This document shows positions 1 through 64,000 of a stretch of DNA of 64,000 nt, in pieces. The notes under the pieces are model-generated. The model was given only the letters and a program-made list of their open reading frames with translations, was not told where the DNA came from and ran no database searches. The stretch is from the NCBI GenBank assembly GCA_965153355.1, contig OZ231126.1, forward strand, positions 16,802,001 through 16,866,000. The letters run 5' to 3'. The stretch's first letter is position 1. Every line of letters begins with the position of its first letter. This stretch comes from Flaccisagitta enflata. Its lineage: Eukaryota. Position numbers and translations under genes: made by a program.

Positions 1-210
1 GGGCGGGGTTAATACTGCAAAACAGTACTACTGTATTTAACGCTTAAATGTCTTTTAATGGCCTTTAAAACTTGTAAAATGATAATCAAAACATCTTCTG
101 ACGGCGAACTGTAGCGAACATGCTGATTGAAAGGCAGTGAACGAACAAACCAACGGACAATTACGGAGCACGCGACCATGAATAAAAGAAGATGATAACG
201 ATAAAATCAA

Positions 211-326
211 AACCAGGCCAAGTGGGCCAATATGCGCGCCCTGGGGATCGTCGAACGAATGTGTTTCCGATCGACAGACGGACCGACGGACACAGCCTCT
301 TATCGAAGTGCGTTGGCGCACATAAA
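211..326. mobile_element. Short DINE-1/HINE-like element (family B)
   Basis: CAGGCC...(GACC/GACG)n...CTCTTAT...hairpin+A-run; close copy at 30668-30798. Confidence 0.65.
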
Positions 327-428
327 AAGTTAATCCCCATCCAACTTCCAATCCCCAATCTCGAGTCCCCAACGGAATTTGATAATGGATTCCGATTTCT
401 TGTTTCTTCTACAAAAAAAATAAAACAG

Positions 429-52961
<52,533 letters not shown>

Positions 52962-55900
52962 AAAAGAGAGGACGACTTTCAACAGATTAAGATTCAACTC
53001 GAATACTGAACTCGCAACGTGGCGATCTCGCAGGTTGAAGGATTTCCCCGGTATTGGCCTCATCAGATTTCATCGACCAGCCATCATACTGGTAACATAT
53101 AACAGCTGCTGTTATTCCCTCTTTCCCTGTGATCAAAGAAAAAAATGGAACCATAAAATGTTGAATAAGAAAATGATAAAGAAAATGAAAAGCAAGAAAG
53201 AAAAAAAAACACTACGTTTTCTGTTTTGAACTTTTTCTCCCGCGTCTCATAAATATTCATTCTCTCACACTGAGTTCGTTTCCCCGCGCCGCGCCGCGTT
53301 TTTCCCCCCCTTTCACTCATTTTCCATCTTACGCTCGTCTTTTGTCGTCGTTGCGGTTTGTTTTACCAATTCTCAGCGTCGTTTCTTACTAGTACCCACT
53401 TCTTACGTCATGTTGTGTTGTTTGCAAAGCGACGTCACCGCGCCTTGCCACTTAGACACTCTCCCCCACTCCTCGTCTTACGACGCGGCGCCTGCAACCA
53501 TTTTCTTCGCTATTAATCAAATCGACTGCCCATCGTAAATTCAAGGCGTTGCCCACGTCGCTCTGTTAGGGCGCTTAGCGGCGTTGCTCCGTTGGACCGG
53601 CGTCGCTTCTGTTTACAACGGCGTCACGTTGTGCTCTAATTATTACAACCGAGGAAGCATCGTTATGCGGAACATTTTCTGCCGGAACATTTTCTGCCGG
53701 AACATTTTCTGCCGGAAACATACCACGTTGTCATCAAATTCTATGCAAAAGACGCTAGCGCGTTCTCATACACGCAACACATTTTTTCCCCTCATGTCTT
53801 GTTTATTTAATAACAAGACCTTTATGATTCTACTTCCTGATCGGCTATGCTTCCATCTCCCCCCCCCCTTCCTCGTTACCATCTTGATATTCCTTCGAAG
53901 TTGATTAACCACATTCCTCTGTCTACTCATCTCGCCCTCTTCCCCATTTTTTTTTGTCTCTTCCTCGAATTCAAATCTTAAATTTTTTTTTGCTTCGCCA
54001 CAATTATTGCTCACCAAAAAGTGATCATAAGGCAATTGTGATGAGTGTACTAGTCATCACCCTCTAGATCTTACAAATTACTAAGTATATAGTGTTAGTG
54101 ATCTAGTGAATGAATACAACAGAATATTGATAGAATTGTACATATACATATGAAACCGTCTTAGTAAAAAATACACAACTTTTTGCTTTCCCATTCGCGA
54201 ATGGCAACAGCTGGCGCTGCGGTATCGCCTCTCTCGCGGTTCACGTGATCGTATAAACTTGCCTTTATCTCGTCACGAGAGGCGTCTCGATATCGGGCGG
54301 GGGAAAAATATGAGGATGTGTTTCCCCGATACCAAATATTTATCGAAATTTTTTTTCTCGATCCCTGACTCAAGTGAGTAAGTTTGTCACGTGGTTGTGA
54401 GAATAAACGTCTCCGTTGGTCCGTCCGTTGATTCCTTTGTTTTTGTTTTTTTGTTTTTTGTTTTTTGACGACGGAAAAAAAGCAGAGTTGATTTAGCGAG
54501 AAAAAAAAAACTAGCCAATGCCTCCCACCTCGCATGCGATGTCTTTGCGTGGCGTCGGTTTATTATCCGGCCTTGATTGTAATGGATTCACTCTTATCAG
54601 CTCAAAGGTGATGCGAATAAAAAGGAGTCTTAATACTTTTATATGGTTTAAAGTGCAAAAAGGGTGTAGTGGAGGGGGGTTTGGGAAGGTTTGTAAAGGG
54701 ATTTTGTAATTTTAATTGACATAAGTCATTATAACGTAATACTAATAGTGTGGGGTTTTGAAAATCTCCCAAAAGAAAAAAAAATGAACGAAACCGTCTA
54801 CATTGACCATAGTGACTTGAAAGGGAATGATCAAAAATCACTGCATGTGGCGTAAACAGGACAGAGAACACTGATGCCAACTCAAATCGGGTATGCGTGC
54901 GCACTGTATGAGGTAAACACCAGTGACAGACTGCATTGTTCCTTGAATTTTTGTTACTTCTGTATGACTGCTTACCTATTTTTGTAGCATTTATGACTGA
55001 CGCATTTAAATGGTAAAAATATCGAGCTAACTATGAGGCGAGATGGTTGTTGAGCAGCTAAACAGTCATGGCGCGGTGTACCGAGGTGAAACCCTTCTAC
55101 CTCCTACAATCCGGCATCCGGCCAATTAGCAGCAGGCGCTTGCATAATATGTCTAACAATGTATAAGAAAACAATGTTTTATATTCAATTGTCAACAGTT
55201 TAATAAGCAAATACATTTAAAAGGATCGTCTTTCGTTTTTTTTAAATTAATCGTGGAACAGCCTCAATACTCTTCACCTGTGCCTTTTTGTATCTAAACT
55301 TCATTCAACTGCATTCAACTACATTCGACCACGTTACCACGAAACTGAATTTATAATTTTTTTCGTGGGTCTTAGTAAAAAAATCATTGATGTTACGCTT
55401 CATACTTGTCGCAATCGGCTGTCACGAAATTCTCGTCAGGTTTACAAACGGCGATTTTTTTTCTGCCGACGTCGTAATTCTTGATTACATTTACATATCA
55501 ATTTTATTCTTTAACAAAATTAGCTCAAGTGCGACACTTGTTTGCGCTGGCTCCATAATTAAAGAAGCACAATTTTAGTAATAGTTTAAAATCATTTTTC
55601 TTGCAATTTTTTATTCGGATTTATGGCCATTGTCATTCCGCAGAAAGATATTAATTTGTATACTCCAGCCTTGAATCCTTTATACCCTACTCCAAAGAAA
55701 CTTTCAAGATATATTTTTATAATTTTTTTCATGTCAAAGATTCTCTACTAACTACTATATTCTCGCTTTTTTCTCTTTCATTAGTGAAAATTGTTAACTA
55801 TCCAGTATTATTACTACTGTTGTTAATTCTTTTGATCACAATCATGAACGTTTTCGTTTTTGATCGTTGTTAGATGTCTCTTTCTCACACATTTATTGAA
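52962..55900 (+). other. Probable long 3' UTR of the ESRP/fusilli gene (end uncertain)
   Basis: About 3 kb with none of the local repeat families recognised; AATAAA near 54402 and 54616; TGCATG at 54842. Confidence 0.5.
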
Positions 55901-56426
55901 TATCAGTTTAGCAAATACATTTACTTCTGATTTTATCTTGTATTTTCATTCCCTGAGTATGTTCCGGGAGATTTCTAAGCTTGTCAGTCTCCCAGACTGA
56001 GCATCAGTAGGCCCTAGGTAAGCCCGATAAATTCATGTTTTATGCGAATGTGTAACCATTTGGTGCAATGTCCGAGTGTAAGCTACATATGACTTGTGAC
56101 AACATTGCCTTATGTGAATCACTGGTCGGTCCGTCCGTTCCTCGGTCGATCCGTCGCGTCAGTCTACCACTCGAACCGCTTTCGACTGCTTGGTTCACCT
56201 TATTTACCGTTCGGGAACAATTATCCAGGAATTCATAATTTACCTATGACGAAGTTATCTAGGAACACATTTTCGCGAAGTTGTTCACCCATCGCCGCCG
56301 ATCAAAAACGAATCCTGCACTCGTGATGAGGCATGAGGATCGCGATCGAATACGTATTCTCACCGCACCTTTGAGCTTGGTCTGTCTGCGTCAGTCTCTT
56401 ATCCTGAGTCTTGTCTGTCCATTTAA

Positions 56427-58262
<1,836 letters not shown>

Positions 58263-59001
58263 GACGGCCGCCTTACGGCAATTTATTGTCAATGGTACCC
58301 GCACAATGGGTCAAAGGTTGCCTTTAGAAAATCGCGAGTAGAAGGTACAGATTATGACCGCAATAATGTCACATTGATGTCACACTGTTTTTACAAACTC
58401 TAGTGATTTAACTGACTAAATGTGGATTTGATATTTTTGTTGTAGCATGATCTGAAAGAATTTAAGCCTCAAACTTCCAAGGAAACTGTGAAACATCAGT
58501 GTGACAGATTGAACTATTTGATAGAAAAACGTTCTTATTCATCAAGCAATCACTATAGATCACACGAGCCAAAAACAAATCCACAGTCGCCCCCTCGTCG
58601 GCACTTTCAGAAAAAAGTCAGAGAAAGACACATTCTTACACTATTGATATGTATCTATGTGACCGACAGACTGATTGACCGAAAAATGGATGATAGAATG
58701 TAAACTATAGATTATAGAGTCGCGTAGCACTTGACTGAAAAGAGCGTCACTTTTGACAAAAAAAAATTAGCAAAAGATGATCTAAGCCGCGCCGCGGCGT
58801 CGCGCATCAAAATGAAAAGGTATAAGTGCCTATCAGTGGTGTTTACTCCGGATCGCTTACAACCATACTTGGTTATCAAAATTCATTATCCTTTATGATT
58901 ATCGTACGTGTAACGAATATTCGCACTTAAATAGATCCTTAGACCAATCATAAAAAGAGTGAGCAGATATTCATTGTTGAAGTTTTCGAATCCTATACCA
59001 G

Positions 59002-59088
59002 TTTTGGTTCTTGCTTCCTTTTCAACAAGTGACGATATGGATGATGACGGGAGGACGGTGAATTATGAAACCTATAGTCCCTATGCAG
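59002..59088 (+). CDS. Exon of F5/8 type C (discoidin)-like repeat protein
   Basis: ccag|TT...G|gtctct, phase 1-1; VLVLASFSTSDDMDDDGRTVNYETYSPYA; weak donor. Confidence 0.4.
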
Positions 59089-59098
59089 GTCTCTTGAT

Positions 59099-59403
59099 CT
59101 CGGCCGCCAACAAGGTCCTAGCCCAAGTAGCTGCCGGCAGCTCTCTAGGTATCTAAAAAATATCTAAATTTTTTCCAAGTATCTGAAAAAGTAGCTAAAT
59201 TTCTCTTGTCATACCTTAGCATTATATGGCACCGAATAAAACGACTGCAAGTCAAGAACAAGGTTTTGTATCCAACGAAAATCAAAAAAACGACGAAAAT
59301 AAAACGACGAAAATAAAACGACTGCAAGTCAAGAACAAGGTTTTGTATCCAACGAAAATCAAACAAAAATCACAGTGACACGAAAGACAATGGGAAGAAA
59401 ATG

Positions 59404-59442
<39 letters not shown>

Positions 59443-59446
59443 TGAG

Positions 59447-59533
<87 letters not shown>

Positions 59534-60189
59534 TTTTCCCTCTTAAGACAAATGAGAACCTTCAGCATCTACAGTAAGTAGCAAAAGGCAATGAACAAAA
59601 AATATACAAAAGGAACTATTTTAAGAGGTGTGGACTAAAAAGTATAGCACCCCCCCCTACAGCCCACACTAATGCTTCTTTTTCTTTACTTTGGGCATTT
59701 GCTTATACTTTAGGTAAAAACAAATTTTATTATCCAGGCTTTTTTTGAGACTACTCTAAAAATCGCCACAATTGAAATTTTTTTGCTAAAATTTAAACAT
59801 TTTTCAAACTCTCCTAAAATCAGAAAATTTAAAGATTCTGAAAAAGATCTTGATAGAATTTCAAAGATCGCCTGGATGAAAAAATTTTTATTCATTTAAA
59901 ATATAAACCACTACCCAGAGTATAGAAATATAAGCAATGATGTGGGCTGTAAGGGGGGTGCTACAATTTTGGTCCCTCCACACCTCCTATAACGGTTTCT
60001 TCTGTATTTATCAGTAATTTTGTAGCAAAAAGCATCAGTCTCAAGTAGCTAAATAGATGCTTGAGTATCTAAAGGAAATCATCAAAAGTATCTAAATTAA
60101 TAGCTGGTAGCTAAACGCCTTTTTTGGTAGCTAAGCACCCCTCTGTAGTAGCTAAATTTAGCTACCAAGTAGCTAAGTTGGCGGCCGAG
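59099..60189. mobile_element. 8-bp-TSD (hAT/P-like) element with nested TA-flanked MITE (59607-60004)
   Basis: TSD CTCTTGAT; perfect 13-bp TIR CTCGGCCGCCAAC; GTAGCTAA subterminal repeats. Confidence 0.9.
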
Positions 60190-60484
60190 CTCTTGATTCT
60201 TCTTCTCTGCCGAGAAGCACTAATTTTCCCCTGAATGTTGCCAGCTTGACTTGAATATGGCTTTTTTAGACATTTATCACATATAAACCGCGCTTTTTCA
60301 GTATTTGTATCACCATTACGTATTTCGTTTTCTAGACGCTACATGAAACACATAACGATGTCACTAACTTTTACTTAGGTATAATGTTTTCTTTATTTGT
60401 TTTACAATAAGAAAGATCAAAATCAAGTTACATTATTAACTCAAATTGACTTTATGTCAAATCAACGTAATTACAATAGAGCAG

Positions 60485-60534
60485 TCATCGTAAAACTGCA
60501 ATATGCAAATGATATCAATGCTGACATCAACACC
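60485..60534 (+). CDS. Exon of discoidin-like repeat protein
   Basis: cag|TC...ACC|gtttga, phase 1-0; IVKLQYANDINADINT resembles the discoidin LQYSxD motif. Confidence 0.45.
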
Positions 60535-60686
60535 GTTTGATCCTTACTTTTTGTCCTCTTCCTTCTTCTTTTTTCTTCTTCTTCTTCTTCTTCTTCTTCT
60601 TCTTCTTCTTCTTCTTCTTCTTCTTCTTCTTCTTCTTCTTCTTCTTCTTCTGGGACCTGCCGATATCTACCTGTTCGCTGCTCCAG

Positions 60687-60858
60687 AACCAAGAGGCCTG
60701 GGTGTATGGCGGTCGTACCAACAAACATCTATCTACACTTATGCGTCCCGACCCTTCCATCCCCCTCCGCCCCTTCTTTTTCTATGCACTGGCGTTCAAC
60801 GAATGAACTAACTTCGGCGTTCATCATTTTGTTCGCGCTTCAGAAATTAATCTACAAG
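60687..60858 (+). CDS. Exon of discoidin-like repeat protein with in-frame TGA (60804-60806)
   Basis: ctccag|AAC...G|gtaggc, phase 0-1; NQEAWVYGG...LRPFFFYALAFNE*TNFGVHHFVRASEINLQ resembles the C-terminal strands of an F5/8C domain. Confidence 0.55.
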
Positions 60859-60975
60859 GTAGGCGGGAAGCTTGCGTAACTTAGAATTCTCACTTGTGGG
60901 GACTTGTGGCTCAAAAAAGAATTATTTTATGCGCTCCTTGAATTTGAAAGTCGTTGCAGCTAAGCCTTTAAAGGG

Positions 60976-61774
<799 letters not shown>

Positions 61775-62191
61775 AGAAGGACTGAGCCTGGCGTTTACAT
61801 GTAATATTTATTCGAGAGTAACGCGAAACACGAGCGCTGCTATGTTAACTGGTCACATTTGATATGTCAGCACTGGCCTAGACTAGACGGTGCCCGGTGT
61901 AATTCTGTAAGAAAGCAACTGAAAACTAAATGTTAGAATATGAGTAAGAAATTGAATATTGCGGTCTTGCTGTGCCACTGATTCAAAAGCTTGCTGTCTC
62001 GCTGTACAACGTTGTCATGATGTCATACGAGTGCACTGTCAATACTTACTTTTTATGCGCGTTGGTAGGAAGTTTTTTTCCGGTTGGTCGGATCGGACAC
62101 GCAAACTTTGGAACTGTGCAAAACGGTCGATTCCGACGTCTTTATACATTCCTGTCACCTCTCATGCCTTTCCAAACGTATTTATTTTCAT

Positions 62192-62230
<39 letters not shown>

Positions 62231-62506
62231 TCTATTTATTTATTTATTTATTTATTTATTTATCTATTTATTTATTTATTTATTCATTTATTTATTTATT
62301 TGTTTATTTATTTCTCTATTCACTCACTCACTCACTCACTCACTCACTCACTCGCTCACTCACTCACTCACTCACTCACTCACTCACTCACTCACTCACT
62401 CACTCACTCATTTACTCATTCATTCTTAGACACATTTTGGTTATAACTTGGTTTTGTTTCATTTTGTCTTATATATATATCTACGTTTCCTATCACACTT
62501 TCGAAG

Positions 62507-62707
62507 AAAACATAATTCTACGCGAGAATGTGGGCAAGCCTTCGAGTAGTTCCGCGTGCAACCGCCGACTGGGACCCGAGCGCGCCTTCGACCCCGAGCA
62601 CCCCGAGGGTTGGTGCAGCGATCGACTCTTCACGTCGCGTGACATGGAAGAATGGATTTCCTACGAATTCTGCCGACCCGTCACCGTCAGACTAATCGCG
62701 TTTAAAG
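62507..62707 (+). CDS. Exon encoding N-half of an F5/8 type C (discoidin/galactose-binding-like) domain; gene continues beyond window
   Basis: gaag|AA...G|gtatga, phase 1-1; SSSS...GPERAFD...GWCS...EEWISYEFCRPVTVRLIAFKG is a typical discoidin signature; GC-rich coding-like island. Confidence 0.8.
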
Positions 62708-62798
62708 GTATGATGGTTGTTTGTGAATTCATTCATTCATTCATTCATTCATTCATTCATTCATTCATTCATTCATTTATTTGTACACGTGTTTGTGG

Positions 62799-62946
<148 letters not shown>

Positions 62947-63354
62947 CGTTGTTGTCGTTGTTGTCGTTGTTGTTGTCGTCATTGTTTTTATTGGCGTTTG
63001 AGATGTCGTGATCGTCGTCGTCGTGATCGTCTTTGTCGAATTACTTTTCTATCTCAGAGATAACAAACGGAAAAAAACACAATAATAATTAATATGACAA
63101 TTCTTTCCAAAATTTTCAATAAATCCCATGCCAGAGACGGTCTTTAAATGAATGAATAATAACAATTGAAAAAAAAACAACTTTGAATTAAAAATATTAG
63201 TTAAAATTTTGCTACGACGCGGCCAATTTCCCCTTTCTGAATATCTGAATTTCTTATTGTGTTCCACGATAGTGGAACACCAAAGTTCCACAGTTTTCTC
63301 CATCTCCGTCTTTGTGTAATGTACGTCACTAAATTTAGCTTTCTTAAAATGCCC

Positions 63355-63618
63355 TTTACACAACTCAGTTTTCACCAAATGTCTGTCACACAGCCCAGTT
63401 TTCTCTGAATATCCGTCACACAACCCAGTTTTCTCCGTATATATGTCACACAACCCAGTTTTCTCTAAATGTCCATCACACAACCCAGTTTTCTCCAAAT
63501 GTTTGTTGCACCACCTAATTTTTTTCTGAATCTCCATCACGGAACCCAGTTTTTTCCAAATATCTGTCACACAACCCAGTTTTCTCCTAATGTCCATCAC
63601 ACAACCCAGTTTTTTTCC
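63355..63618. repeat. About 30-bp tandem repeat (roughly 9 copies)
   Basis: TCACACAACCCAGTTTTCTC core; explains the periodic minus-strand ORF. Confidence 0.85.
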
Positions 63619-63731
63619 CAGGGGTGTATATAGTTGAGCGGCTTTTGATTTTATTCCCCCCCCCCTGCCTTTGATTTTCTTCCCCGCGACGCGTTGTGTC
63701 GCCTTACAAAATCTTTGATTTTCTTCCCCTC

Positions 63732-63973
63732 CACTTTGATCTGGGGGCTGAGAAAAACCCGAGATGAATCTAGCATGTTTCAATAGCTTAATTTACATGA
63801 AAAGCATACTTCTAGTTAACCCAGTGAGATGAAATTTTAACTGAAGCTCTGCAAAACCATCGGCTTTCTTCATGTAAAATTTCATCTCACTAGGGCAACT
63901 AGAAGTATGCTTTTCATGTAATTTAAGCTATTGAGATTCATCTCGGGTTTTTCTCAGCCCCCAGATCAAGGTG
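63732..63973. mobile_element. 242-bp fold-back MITE, Transib-like (5-bp TSD CCCTC)
   Basis: Same element as 5231-5472; CCCTC on both sides. Confidence 0.9.
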
Positions 63974-64000
63974 CCCTCAAAGCTATAAAACAATACATTT

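Overview
Animal (invertebrate-like) nuclear DNA, rich in microsatellites and non-autonomous transposons. The dominant feature is a + strand, multi-exon ESRP1/ESRP2-fusilli/sym-2 family splicing regulator. Fourteen GT-AG coding exons (429..52961) join in consistent phase into about 783 aa: the end of the N-terminal exonuclease-like domain, RRM1-3, an Ala/Pro/Tyr-rich tail with the YYPSPPxSP motif, and a stop at 52961. The 5' exons lie left of the window. The gene shows signs of an internal promoter/start before RRM2 and of alternative C-termini. A second + strand gene (about 57.6 kb to beyond the window end) encodes tandem F5/8 type C (discoidin)-like repeats and has one in-frame TGA in otherwise phase-consistent exons. 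Introns are filled with nested non-autonomous elements: Helentron/DINE-1-like families (one carrying copy-specific tandem arrays), hAT-like MITEs with 8-bp TSDs, CAC...GTG fold-back MITEs with 5-bp (Transib-like) or 4-bp (Chapaev-like) TSDs, TA-flanked MITEs and a probable Helitron. No rRNA, tRNA, CRISPR array or intact transposase was recognised. All family assignments come from manual reading and remembered motifs, not database searches.
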